Below are positions 31,211 through 41,191 of a DNA stretch of 64,000 nucleotides, piece by piece (the first letter of the stretch is position 1; every line of letters begins with the position of its first letter). Source of the stretch: Terriglobia bacterium (GTDB lineage Bacteria > Acidobacteriota > Terriglobia > 20CM-2-55-15); the NCBI GenBank assembly GCA_965198225.1, contig CBDAOY010000009.1, forward strand, positions 896,001-960,000, written 5' to 3'. The translations under genes were made by a program, and so were the position numbers. The notes under the pieces were generated by a model. It was not told the origin of the DNA and made no database searches. It saw only the letters and a list, made by a program, of their open reading frames with translations.

Positions 31211-31281
31211 CGCTGCCCCCGTTTCGATCGTGAAACCCGCTAGAGGAGTTCCTGCCGGAGATCCTGGATCCAGCGGGTCTA

Positions 31282-31523
31282 GTGACCTGTAACAGTGCTA
31301 TCGGTACCAGCGTTCGGCGGAACGGGGCCGTCTTCGTTGTCGTCGACTCCTACCAATGAATGAGCATTGCGTCGTCGTCGACTCCTAGAATCCGACCCCG
31401 TTGCGCTCCGAACGATAGCGACGCTATTTCTGACTCAGGACACAAAATTCTAACCGATTTTTCGAACCTGCTCCCTCGACGATTTTGTCGAGCCGCTCCC
31501 TCCAGAGAGCACCTACAGCTACC
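31282..31523. mobile_element. Second IS630-ended MITE-like element (right end degenerate)
   Basis: CTA-GTGACCTGTAACAGT is identical to the IS630 end; 31308-31415 is the reverse-complement homologue of 14048-14155; possible decayed right end agcacctacagctaccag. Confidence 0.65.
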
Positions 31524-31549
31524 AGATACGATCTCGGAACAGATAAAGT

Positions 31550-32800
31550 TCAATCCGCCTCGCACAAAGCCGGTGATGGAACACGCTCGGTGGCAGCCGC
31601 AATCCTGGTCTCACCCAGTCGGGCCAGGGTTTCGCTCATATCGTTCTCCCCAAGGTCCATCATCTGACGGATCTTCTTCTGCGAAAACCAGCAGGTCCCG
31701 GTATAAAAACAACCCAGGGGCTTCGAGGGAACGATCGACAACACCTGGGGGAGGGGCCGGCTTTCGGTCGGGAGGGCTTGTTTGTCGTGCGCCTGCCATC
31801 GAAGCTCGGCCCACTCGCGCAGCGCTTCCTGTCCGCCAATTCCGTCCGAGGGGTATCGTTCGGGTCGCAGTTTCTTGAGGAAGCTCCTGCCGCCGAGTTC
31901 AGGTCGCGCGAGGCTCGTATTGACGACGAAAAGCACATCGATGGCGTCTTCCAAGTCGAACAGCAACGGGGCCAGGGGGATATTGTCGGTCCATCCCCCG
32001 TCCACGACCGCGTTATTCGGGTCGACTCGAGTTGCCAGCATCCCCGGGAAGCCCGTTCCTTTCAGGAGAATTTCGAGAGCCGCCTTTCTGTGCAGCCTAT
32101 CGAGGCGTACGTAGTGAGGAACCCAGCCACCCCACCGCACGGCATCCTCCGTGTAGGGTCGAAAGCGGGAAAGAGTCGCGTAGACGGGCGTTCTCTCGCG
32201 CCTTATCGTTTCGAAGCCTTCTTCGGTGATCGCTTTCTTCAATCGATGAGCGAGCGGGCTGGTCGTCGTGAACATGGGTGTCAGCAAGGCCCAGCGGTTC
32301 ACGTTGTGCGCGAGAGCGACGATGCCCACGACTGCGGCCGTCCACAAGGTCCATGTCGCTACCTGATCTGTACGGGACAGAGCGAATCCTCCCGCCGTGA
32401 ATCCCAGGCAAGCAATACCAAACACGGAGGCCGGTATGTGCCAGCGCTTTGCCGGGTTAGGATGGGTCATGCTCCCGGAGATCCTCAGGATCTTCAGAGG
32501 TGAGAACTCCGACACCAGGTACGCCAGTAGCCAGATCGGCAGGAACACCAGTTCGGCGGGCCTCAGCTTCACGACTTCCGACCAACGCAAGCCGGTCCAG
32601 GCGGACTCGGCTCCTTCGGACTCGCCGGCCGCGATCAAGGCGGCGTTCACTGCGCCGACAGAGGTTCCGGCGATTGCAGCGAACTGAGTCACACCGTGTT
32701 TTCGCAGTGCTCTCCAGCAGCCGATATGGTACGCCCCTTTTGCACCACCACCGGTAAGCACTAGACCTATATGTTTCTGCTTGAGTTGTGAGAGGGTCAT
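31550..32800 (-). CDS. Patatin-like phospholipase with internal hydrophobic (TM) insertion
   Basis: GGGAKG, GTSVG and VDGG motifs; 2-3 hydrophobic segments between the Ser and Asp motifs. Confidence 0.88.
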   Translation of the reverse strand: MTLSQLKQKHIGLVLTGGGAKGAYHIGCWRALRKHGVTQFAAIAGTSVGAVNAALIAAGESEGAESAWTGLRWSEVVKLRPAELVFLPIWLLAYLVSEFSPLKILRISGSMTHPNPAKRWHIPASVFGIACLGFTAGGFALSRTDQVATWTLWTAAVVGIVALAHNVNRWALLTPMFTTTSPLAHRLKKAITEEGFETIRRERTPVYATLSRFRPYTEDAVRWGGWVPHYVRLDRLHRKAALEILLKGTGFPGMLATRVDPNNAVVDGGWTDNIPLAPLLFDLEDAIDVLFVVNTSLARPELGGRSFLKKLRPERYPSDGIGGQEALREWAELRWQAHDKQALPTESRPLPQVLSIVPSKPLGCFYTGTCWFSQKKIRQMMDLGENDMSETLARLGETRIAAATERVPSPALCEAD

Positions 32801-32959
32801 GCAGCCGTCAAACCGTCAGTCCCGCGCTGAATCTGCTCATTGTCGTCACGATCGGGTTTCGCCTAGGATCACAAGCTGTTTCCGGCGACGGATGGGTCTG
32901 GAGGATACCTCAAAACAGGGTATACTGACGCCGAAAAATTTCAGTCAGGATGCGAAGAA

Positions 32960-34769
32960 GTGCAGCCTCGCGATTCGAGCACAGGATGCTCGACCATCGT
33001 TGATCTTCTACAATTCAGAGCTTCAAAGGAACCTCGTCGCCGGGCCCACACCTTCCTCAAGGACGGATTCCGCGAACAGAATCACTTGACCTATCGTGAG
33101 TTGGAGGTGCGTGCGCGGGCCATCGCAGCGTCTCTTCAGGGGGCGTCAAGTCCTGGCGACCGGGCCTTGCTGCTCTATCCCCCCGGCCTCGATTTCGTTG
33201 AGGCCGGATTTCGTTGAGGCCTTTTTGGGCTGCCTGTGTGCCGCCATCGTGGCCGTGCCGGCCTATCCACCTCGCTCGAATCAGGGCTCGAGCAGGATTC
33301 AGGCGATCATACGGGATGCGCGTCCGTCCGTCATTCTGACCACATCAAACAGCTTGCCGAAAGTCGAAGCGATGTGGGGCGATAGAGCGGCCGTCGCAGA
33401 AAGCCGTGTCCTGGCGACGGATGCGCCCGGCTCTTCCTTCCCCGAGAGCCCCGAACAATTGGTGGAAGGTTGGCGGGACTCGCATTGCGAAATCGGCGAA
33501 GGAACCCCTGCATACCTTCAATACACGTCTGGATCGACCTCCGAACCAAAGGGCGTGATCGTGACCCACGGCAACCTGGTGACGAATCTGCGAGACATGG
33601 ATCGCGGCTGGAAGCACGACGCCGACAGCGTCCTGGTGAGCTGGCTTCCGCACTTTCATGACATGGGACTCATCTACGGTATACTCGGGCCGCTGTACGC
33701 GGGAATTCCGGGGTATCTGCTGTCGCCCCTCTCCTTTCTGCAGCGGCCGGTTCGATGGTTGCAGGCAATGACCCATTACAGGGCGACTCACAGCGTGGCC
33801 CCAAACTTTGGGTACGAGCTCTGCGCGCGCAAGATCGCCGCGGAGGAACGAAACAGCCTCGATCTGGGAAACTGGTCCGTCGCTGTCAATGGTGCCGAGC
33901 CAGTCCGCCCAGAGACGCTGGAACGTTTTGCGCAATTCTTCGAGCCCTGTGGCTTCCGCCGAAGTGCCTTCTGCCCCGGCTACGGGCTGGCTGAGGCCAC
34001 GCTGAAGGTCACCGCGACGTGTAGAGATGAATCACCCGTCTTGACTCACCTGTCGAAGCAGGAGCTGGAGGGACACCACGTCGTGAAGTGCGATGCGGCA
34101 GAACAATCTCCCGAAGCCTTCACGCTGGTCGGTTGTGGCCGTTCAATGGTGGGGACCAGGGTCGCGATTGTTCACCCCGAAAAACTGACCTGCTGCTTGC
34201 CGGATGAAATCGGTGAAATCTGGGTGTCCGGCCAGACAGTGGCCGCTGGCTACTGGAACAGAGCCGAGGAGACCGCCGCAACCTTTCACGCATACACCGA
34301 GGACACAAGAGAGGGTCCTTTCCTGCGCACGGGTGATTTGGGGTTTGTGGAGGGAGGTCACCTGTACGTAACCGGGCGTATCAAGGATCTGATCATCATC
34401 CGAGGTCAGAACCACTACCCACAGGATGTCGAGCGGACTGCGGAGCGAAGCCACCCCGCCCTGCGTCAGCCCGGCTTCAGCGCCGCCTTTTCAATCGACG
34501 TCGCCAGCGAAGAGCGCCTCGTAGTTCTGGCAGAAGTCGAGCGTCGGTATCTGGACCAGGACACCGAAGAACTCGTGGGAGCCATCCGGCAGGCCATATC
34601 GGAAAACCACGAGTTGCAGGCATACGACGTCGTAATCGTTCGTCCTGGACGCATTCCGAAGACATCCAGCGGAAAGATCCGGCGGCGCGCCTGCAAGGCC
34701 GCTTATCTAGCCGGAGAGCTGGAAGCCGTCGAGAAAAAAAGGGAAGGGGGCCGTTCGAATGAATCCTGA
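32960..34769 (+). pseudogene. Fatty acyl-AMP ligase (FAAL), frameshifted by a 16-bp tandem duplication
   Basis: TIVDLLQFRA..LTYRELE..GDRALLLYPPGLDF in one frame; YLQYTSGSTSEPKGV, SWLPHFHDMGLI, YGLAEATL, LVGCG, RTGDLG and PKTSSGKIRR in the next; GATTTCGTTGAGGCC at 33191 and 33207. Confidence 0.9.
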
Positions 34770-36603
34770 ACCTGAGCGACCTGCCGTGACCGAACTCCTT
34801 GGCTCGACCGGCCTGTTCAACGTCCTGGACCGACCGACCTTGCAGGCTGTGGAAAGAGAGCTCGAGTGGGTCCGTCTCCCGGGCGGGACGACTCTGTTTC
34901 AACAGGGAGACACAGGAGATTCGTTGTATGTGCTGGTCCACGGCCGTTTGAGCGTTTCGATCGTTCATGAAGACGGACGGGAGCGCCCCATCGGCGAAGT
35001 GAGCCGCGGCGAGGTTGTCGGCGAGATGGCGGTTTTGACCGGAGAGCCGCGATCCGCAAACGTCCGCGCGATTCGAGATTCCCAGCTCGTGAAATTCTCC
35101 AAAGAAGCCTTTGAACGAGTCGTCGGAACCAATCCCAAGGCGATGATGTTGATCGCCCGAAGGCTCATCATGCGTTTGCGCGAGACCAGTCGAGCGACGT
35201 ACCAAACTACCCTGGCCACTTTTGCCGTGGTTCCACTGAGCCCGGACATCCCACTCGGGGAGTTTGCAAGGGGGATTGCCGAATCATTCTCGAGAATCGG
35301 ACCTACGCTGCACCTGAACCGCGACGTTCTTCAGAGTGCCCTCGGCGGATCCGTGAATTCGACACCCGAGGGCCGACGTGTCGAAGAGGTCTCCACATGG
35401 CTCGAAGAGCAGGAGGAGAAGTTCCAGTATGTCATCTACGAGTCGGACGCGGACAGCTCGGCGTGGTCCAATCTGTGTGTTCGCCAAGCCGATCGTGTTC
35501 TCCTGGTTGCCGCCGGCGGAGCCCGCACCGGCTCCACTACAGTCGAAGCTCAAATCCAGAACCTGTGTGCATGCGAAACGATCGCTCGAAAGGAGCTGGT
35601 CTTTCTCCATCGAAACGGCACGACGCGTCCCAGCGGTACTCAGGCATGGTTGGGTAGTCTCGGAGCCGGGGACATGCACCACCACATTCGTCACGAATCG
35701 AGTGCGGACTTTGACAGGCTTGCCCGGATACTTACCGGCAAATCTGTAGGTCTGGTCCTCGGCGGAGGGGGTGCAAGGGGCTTTGCACATCTCGGCATTC
35801 TTCGAGCGTTCGCGGACGTCGGCATCCCGATCGACATGATCGGCGGCACCAGCATGGGGTCCGTTATCGCGGCTCAGTATGCGCTGGGCTGCGATTATCA
35901 CGAGATGATCGAGTTGAACAGGAAGGGTTGGCTCGACATGGATCCACTGAAAGACAAGACGATACCGGTCATGGCTTTGCTGGCTTGCCGGAAGCTTGAC
36001 AGCATGATAGAGATGATGTTCGGTGACGCCAGGATTGAAGATCTCTGGCTGAAATACTTTTGTGTATCTGCCAATCTAACCCAGGCTGAAATGATGGTGC
36101 ACCGGGATGGCCCGCTTGCGAAGTGGGTTCGGGCAAGTATGGCGATACCCGGCGTTGCACTGCCGGTCTTCGACAACGGCGACCTGATCGTCGACGGCGG
36201 AGTGCTCAACAACCTGCCAGGCGACGTGATGAAGCGGATCTGTGGAGGCCCGGTCATTGCAGTCGACGTCAGTCCGCAGAAAGATCTCGCGATCGATCCC
36301 CACATGATCCATGCGCCATCGTCCTGGAAGATCCTCTGGAACAACGTCAACCCGGCTGCGGAACGAATGCACCTCCCCAACCTGCTCGCCCTTATGATGC
36401 GCACGACCATGCTCGGTAGCACGTCAAAGAGTCAGGAGGTCGCGCGAGAAGTCGATCTCTACCTGCGTCCTCCGATCGACGGCTTTGGTATATTCGAATG
36501 GAAGTCTCTGGAGAAGCTTGCTCAGGCGGGGTACGAGTTTGGGATAACAAAACTGGAAGAATGGAACAAGGAACGATCCATCCCGAAACCGAAACCAAGC
36601 TGA
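34759..36603 (+). CDS. cNMP-binding domain plus patatin (NTE-like) phospholipase
   Basis: LFQQGD..GEVVGEMAVLTGEPRSANVRA cassette; GGGGARG, GTSMG, VDGGVLNNLP. Confidence 0.92.
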   Translation: MNPEPERPAVTELLGSTGLFNVLDRPTLQAVERELEWVRLPGGTTLFQQGDTGDSLYVLVHGRLSVSIVHEDGRERPIGEVSRGEVVGEMAVLTGEPRSANVRAIRDSQLVKFSKEAFERVVGTNPKAMMLIARRLIMRLRETSRATYQTTLATFAVVPLSPDIPLGEFARGIAESFSRIGPTLHLNRDVLQSALGGSVNSTPEGRRVEEVSTWLEEQEEKFQYVIYESDADSSAWSNLCVRQADRVLLVAAGGARTGSTTVEAQIQNLCACETIARKELVFLHRNGTTRPSGTQAWLGSLGAGDMHHHIRHESSADFDRLARILTGKSVGLVLGGGGARGFAHLGILRAFADVGIPIDMIGGTSMGSVIAAQYALGCDYHEMIELNRKGWLDMDPLKDKTIPVMALLACRKLDSMIEMMFGDARIEDLWLKYFCVSANLTQAEMMVHRDGPLAKWVRASMAIPGVALPVFDNGDLIVDGGVLNNLPGDVMKRICGGPVIAVDVSPQKDLAIDPHMIHAPSSWKILWNNVNPAAERMHLPNLLALMMRTTMLGSTSKSQEVAREVDLYLRPPIDGFGIFEWKSLEKLAQAGYEFGITKLEEWNKERSIPKPKPS

Positions 36604-37559
36604 GAACCGTCGAGCAAATTGAAGAGTGGCTGACGGTTAACGTCGCCAGGGAATTGGAGCTTGATCCCGACAAGATCGATATCCATCAGCGGCTGAGCCG
36701 CTACGGTCTTGATTCTCTGGTGGCAGTCGGTCTTTCGGGCGAACTGGAAGTGTGGCTGGGACGCGAGCTCCCTCCGGACCTCCTGACGAGCTTTCCGACG
36801 ATCGAGGTCCTGGCGCAGTCCCTGGCGGAAGAGTCCGACATCGGTGGCTCGTCCAACCGGGCCACTCCCAACGAAACGGGTCCGGGCGGAGTCGATTACA
36901 CGCGACTGGACTATCGCGAATGGTCGCCGTCGCAACTCTTCGTTAAAAAGGCTCTGGCCCTCCTGGTGCGACTGCTGTTCCGCCTTCACGTCGAGGGGAT
37001 GATATACCTTCGACCCGAAGGTCCATATATTCTGGCAACCAACCACCTGCACGTCTTTGACGCACCCCTGGTGTTCTGTTTCTTGCCCCGGCCCACCGTG
37101 GCGTTCGTGTCGGAGCACATGAGAGCCGTCCCCGGCGTGAACTGGTTCTTGAAGAAAATGGCAAACACCATTTACGTGGCTCGCGGTGAAGGGGATCAGG
37201 AAGCCATCGGAAATGCGCTGGCTGTGCTCGGTACCGGAGGGGTGCTGGCCTTGGCCCCCGAGGGCAAGATCAGCAAAACAGGGGGGCTGCTTCGAGGGCA
37301 TCCGGGAGTTGTTCACCTGGCGACTCAATCCGGCGTACCGATCGTGCCCCTCGTGATTTATGGCCAGGAGCGGGCCTTCCATCACTGGGCCCGTTTGCGC
37401 CGGGTTCCCGTCTCCGTCCGTATCGGACCCGCCATTCAATTCCCGCAGGGCAAGGCGACCTCGAAACAACTCGATGCGCATCGAGACACCGTGATGCACG
37501 CTCTGGCGCGAATGCTGCCACCGGAGTACCGGGGTGTTTACCGGAACTCCTGGCCGTAG
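36561..37559 (+). CDS. Acyl carrier protein fused to a lysophospholipid acyltransferase (PlsC-like)
   Basis: YGLDSL phosphopantetheine site; NHLHVFD (HxxxxD), APEG, IVP; start codon uncertain. Confidence 0.88.
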   Translation: MEQGTIHPETETKLRTVEQIEEWLTVNVARELELDPDKIDIHQRLSRYGLDSLVAVGLSGELEVWLGRELPPDLLTSFPTIEVLAQSLAEESDIGGSSNRATPNETGPGGVDYTRLDYREWSPSQLFVKKALALLVRLLFRLHVEGMIYLRPEGPYILATNHLHVFDAPLVFCFLPRPTVAFVSEHMRAVPGVNWFLKKMANTIYVARGEGDQEAIGNALAVLGTGGVLALAPEGKISKTGGLLRGHPGVVHLATQSGVPIVPLVIYGQERAFHHWARLRRVPVSVRIGPAIQFPQGKATSKQLDAHRDTVMHALARMLPPEYRGVYRNSWP

Positions 37560-37602
37560 ACCTCGCACGGACGACCCTGCGAAGAGTAGAAAGAAGTGGG
37601 AT

Positions 37603-37754
37603 AACCACGGAGGCACGAAGGCACGGAGCACCTAGAACCGGGGAAAAATAGGTCGTTCCCAGCCTTTCCTGCTCGACGGGACACAGTGGCTCTCGGACGG
37701 ACTTTTTAGCTAAAACCAGACCAAGAAACTCCTTGCCTCTGTGCCTCCGTGGTT
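37603..37754. repeat. Inverted-repeat element (family D)
   Basis: AACCACGGAGGCAC ... GTGCCTCCGTGGTT, 14-bp perfect ends extending imperfectly to ~26 bp. Confidence 0.7.
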
Positions 37755-37818
37755 GGGTGTTGGCTGAGCAGAAGGGTCTGGGACCGCCGCTTCTTCCCCC
37801 GTGGTTAGAATCCCCCCG

Positions 37819-40518
37819 CTACTCACACCTCAACGCCGCAACCGGGTCCACCCGCGTCGCCCGGCGCGCGGGCACGTAGCCCGCAACCAGCGCCACGACG
37901 ATCATCGCAAGCGCGACCGAGACAAACGATATCGGGTCGCGACTGCTGACGCCGTAGAGGAAACCTTCCACCAACCGCGTGGCGGCCAGGGCCGCGATCA
38001 ACCCGATTCCGACGCCGATCCCTACTATCCCGGCCGCCTCACCGAGGACGATAGCGAAGACATCCGCCTGCCGCGCGCCGAGCGCCATGCGGATTCCGAT
38101 CTCCCGGGTGCGCCGGGCCATCGAGTACGACATCACCCCGTAGACCCCTACCGAGGCCAGGGCGAGGGCGAGGGCGCCAAACACCGCAATCAGCGCGACC
38201 CCCAGGTGTGCCGGGAACAGGGACGCGCTCATCTGTTCCGACATCGTTCGGACGTTGGCGACGGGAAGATTGGGCTCGATGTTTCTAACCTGCGCCTGGA
38301 TGGGATTGATGAGTGCTGTTGGATCGGTTGATGTGCGGACATGGAGGGTGACACCCGACTCATGGTTCTGAAGCAGCGGGAAATACACGAACGCGGGAAG
38401 GTTTTCAACCAGGCTGACGTACTTCCCGTCGCGGGTGATCCCGATTACCTCTCGCCTCGGTGAGTCGGGGCGGCCTAGCTGGAGGCGCTTTCCGATTGCG
38501 TTCTCTCCCGGCCAGTACCGCGCAGCCATCGCTTCATTGACAATGCACACGAGCGGTGCACCGTCTCCGTCGGTCCGACTGAAATCCCTGCCCGCGAGAA
38601 GCGGCATTCCCATCGTCCGGAAGTAGTTCAACGAAACGACGTTGGCGCCGACGATGTTCGGCGATCCCTGAGGCGGCGGGGTCTGTCCTTCGATCAGGAC
38701 GCTCACCCGGCGTCCGCCTCCGCCGAGCGCCGACACTCGGGCGACGGCCGCCGACTCGACTCCCGGGAGAGCTCCGGTTTCTTCCAGGACGCGATCGTAG
38801 AATGCCCGACCCTGTTGCTCGGAGTACGACACGAGGTTGATACTGAGCGGCATCAGGAGCATGCTGTCGGTTTCGAATCCCGGATCGATGGCCTGCGTTT
38901 TCTGCAGGCTGCGCAGGAACAGGCCCGTCCCGATCAGCAGCAGCACCGAAATGGCCACCTGAGACACAACGAACGCGGACCGAAGCTTCCATCGCCCCAC
39001 GCCGCGTATGACGGGGTTCAAGCTTGTCCGCGCCGCTTCGATGGCCGGCACGAGTCCGAACAGCCCGGCCGTCCCCAGGCAGGCGCCGAGAGTGAACAGC
39101 AGGACTCGTGTGTTCGGGATTGCGTCGAGCGTGATCGTGATCGGCAACAGGTTGATGCGCATGATCGCAGCAACCAGCAGGTTCGTACCCCAGACAGCCA
39201 GCGCGAGCCCTCCGATCCCCCCGAAGAGCGAGAGCAGGAGGCTTTCGGTCAGGAACTGGCGAATCAGGCGGCCGCGCCCCGCGCCCAGTGCGATTCGCGT
39301 CGCAATCTCGACGCGACGAGCCGTCGCCCGTGCCAGCAGCAGGTTCGCGACATTCGCACAGGCGATCAGCAGGACCAGCCCGACGACGACCATCAGAAGC
39401 GTGCCCGCCGGAGCCAGCGCGCTGCGCGCCTGCGGACTGCCGGAATCGGCCGGATAAGGGGTAAAGAGGACTCCCGAGTTCGTGTCCGGGTAGGCATTCT
39501 CCAAGCGGTTTGCCACGACCTGAAGCGATGCCGAAGCCGTTCCCATTCCCCCACCCGGCTTGAGCCGACCGAACATGTTCAGCCAGCGCGCACCCCGTCT
39601 GTCGAGCAGGTTGGCGTCCATGCCCACGGAGAATCCGGCCCGTGGCGGGCGCACCAGTTGCTGCATCATCGTCGGGACCCAGACGTCGGTGTCCTCGGTG
39701 ATGTTCCGTCCCGTGAACCTGGCAGGAGCGACGCCGATCACCGTGAAAAGTTGACCGTTCAGGGTCATCTGGCTTCCGAGCGCCGTGTCGTCTCCGCCGT
39801 AACGTTGATCCCAGAGTCGGTGGCTGATGACCGCAACCGGATGGGTCCCGGGAGTCTGATCTTCTTCCGGAACAAAGAAACGGCCGCCGGCTGGGTCGAG
39901 TCCGAGCAGGGAGAAGTAGTTTCCTGAAACAACCATCCCGGAAAGCGTTTCGGTCTGCTCTCCCGTGTCCCACGTCAGCGTGATCCCGCCGTAGGTTGCG
40001 AACCCGCTGAATGCGTCCACGTTGTCCCGGATGTCGACGTAGTCGGGGTAAGAGGTGCCGCTGTACGGATTCCGTTCGGAGCCGGAGAAGACGGACAGGA
40101 GTTCTTCCGTGTCCCGACCCGGACTCCCGGCGAACAACGTCGCGTCGATCAAAGTGAATATCGCCGTGTTGGCCCCGATGCCTATCGCGAGCGTCAGCAC
40201 GGCCACGGCGGTGAACCCGCGGTTCTGGACCAGCGTGCGGACTCCGTAGCGGACGTCCTGGAATAGTGTCTGCATGAGACCGTCTCCTTTGCGTTTGCGG
40301 GTTCCCGACGTTGGTGTCTCGTTCCTGAAGCTTCTGTAAAGGCTGAGGACGTCTTTGAAGTAGAGCCGACGCGCTTGACGAGCTCCGAGGAGATCGACGC
40401 GCTTCCGGAACAATTCGTCGATATCGCCCTCGATTTCTTCTCTCCAGTCCGGCCGACAGAGCAGTGCCAGAAACCATTTTGCAGCCGCGGGCGGCAGAGC
40501 CGCTTTAAGGTTTCGCAT
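37819..40518 (-). CDS. ABC-type permease, acidobacterial duplicated orphan permease (ADOP; MacB/FtsX twice)
   Basis: EEIEGDIDE prefix domain, QDVRYGVRTL, LLIACANVANLLLAR, RTREIGIRMALGA, PARRATRVDPVAALR; TGATG coupling to the PadR gene. Confidence 0.92.
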   Translation of the reverse strand: MRNLKAALPPAAAKWFLALLCRPDWREEIEGDIDELFRKRVDLLGARQARRLYFKDVLSLYRSFRNETPTSGTRKRKGDGLMQTLFQDVRYGVRTLVQNRGFTAVAVLTLAIGIGANTAIFTLIDATLFAGSPGRDTEELLSVFSGSERNPYSGTSYPDYVDIRDNVDAFSGFATYGGITLTWDTGEQTETLSGMVVSGNYFSLLGLDPAGGRFFVPEEDQTPGTHPVAVISHRLWDQRYGGDDTALGSQMTLNGQLFTVIGVAPARFTGRNITEDTDVWVPTMMQQLVRPPRAGFSVGMDANLLDRRGARWLNMFGRLKPGGGMGTASASLQVVANRLENAYPDTNSGVLFTPYPADSGSPQARSALAPAGTLLMVVVGLVLLIACANVANLLLARATARRVEIATRIALGAGRGRLIRQFLTESLLLSLFGGIGGLALAVWGTNLLVAAIMRINLLPITITLDAIPNTRVLLFTLGACLGTAGLFGLVPAIEAARTSLNPVIRGVGRWKLRSAFVVSQVAISVLLLIGTGLFLRSLQKTQAIDPGFETDSMLLMPLSINLVSYSEQQGRAFYDRVLEETGALPGVESAAVARVSALGGGGRRVSVLIEGQTPPPQGSPNIVGANVVSLNYFRTMGMPLLAGRDFSRTDGDGAPLVCIVNEAMAARYWPGENAIGKRLQLGRPDSPRREVIGITRDGKYVSLVENLPAFVYFPLLQNHESGVTLHVRTSTDPTALINPIQAQVRNIEPNLPVANVRTMSEQMSASLFPAHLGVALIAVFGALALALASVGVYGVMSYSMARRTREIGIRMALGARQADVFAIVLGEAAGIVGIGVGIGLIAALAATRLVEGFLYGVSSRDPISFVSVALAMIVVALVAGYVPARRATRVDPVAALRCE

Positions 40519-40838
40519 CACGACCTGGCCTCGAGCTGGTGCCACATCTTCTCCCGGATACGCCGCATATCGGTCAGGACGGCGATTCCGAATCGTGTGA
40601 TCCTGAAGAACCTCTTCCGCCGCCCCCCGCGTTGACTGGTAGCGCCGCCAACTCTGGATCGAAGGCACCGCTTGCGCTCCAGGCGATCCAGTGCCGCGTA
40701 GACTGCTCCTATCGAAACCGACCGTTCTGCCCCCTCTTCGAGAGCCTGCTGGATCGTCACGCCGTAGGCGTCATCGCCCAGGCTGTAGATAGTCAGCAAG
40801 ACCAGTTCTTCGAACTCACCGAGATGATTGCCCTTCAT
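40518..40838 (-). CDS. PadR family transcriptional regulator
   Basis: LGEFEELVLL, AYGVTI, GAVYAALDRLE, GGRRKRFF. Confidence 0.93.
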   Translation of the reverse strand: MKGNHLGEFEELVLLTIYSLGDDAYGVTIQQALEEGAERSVSIGAVYAALDRLERKRCLRSRVGGATSQRGGRRKRFFRITRFGIAVLTDMRRIREKMWHQLEARS

Positions 40839-40881
40839 TTCTGCTCAGCTGAGACCTTTCGTATTGTCGGTTGGTCACAAG

Positions 40882-40917
40882 ATATTTCTTATTAATTCGC
40901 AAATGTATAGGAAATAT
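40882..40917. promoter_or_regulatory. Candidate operator upstream of the PadR gene
   Basis: ATATTTCTTAT-N14-ATAGGAAATAT imperfect inverted repeat in an AT-rich promoter region. Confidence 0.4.
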
Positions 40918-41019
40918 GTTTTGAGGTCACGCTTCGACTTTTCTTTGTGTCAGACACGGGATGCCGCCCTGAGGTTGGCACCGCCCTTCTGAAAGATTGC
41001 GACTGACCAAACACCCGCG

Positions 41020-41106
41020 CTCACTCGACCAGGTGCCATGCGAGGGCCATTGTGAGGGGGACGGGGCTTGCCCCGTCCCCGGGTGTTTGCTAAGCGGAAT
41101 GTTGGT
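41020..41106. repeat. REP-like family B copy
   Basis: tcgaccaggtgcc...tgtgagggggacggggcttgccccgtccccgggtgtttg. Confidence 0.75.
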
Positions 41107-41132
41107 AAGAGCGTCTACGTCCTTCAGGCAGT

Positions 41133-41161
41133 AAAAAAGCCGGGGTCCATCGGACCCCGGC
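41133..41161 (-). terminator. Rho-independent terminator of the TonB receptor gene
   Basis: Minus strand GCCGGGGTCC-GAT-GGACCCCGGC-TTTTTT. Confidence 0.85.
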
Positions 41162-41191
41162 CCACGAGCTGTCAATCAGCTGGATCGAAGA

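Noticed and set aside
31550-36603. CBASS or Pycsar call from the patatin and cNMP domains
   Set aside because: No CD-NTase or cyclase in the window; the neighbours are lipid-activating enzymes
37819-40668. 949-aa start for the permease
   Set aside because: It overlaps the PadR gene by 150 bp; the coupled ATG at 40518 is more plausible
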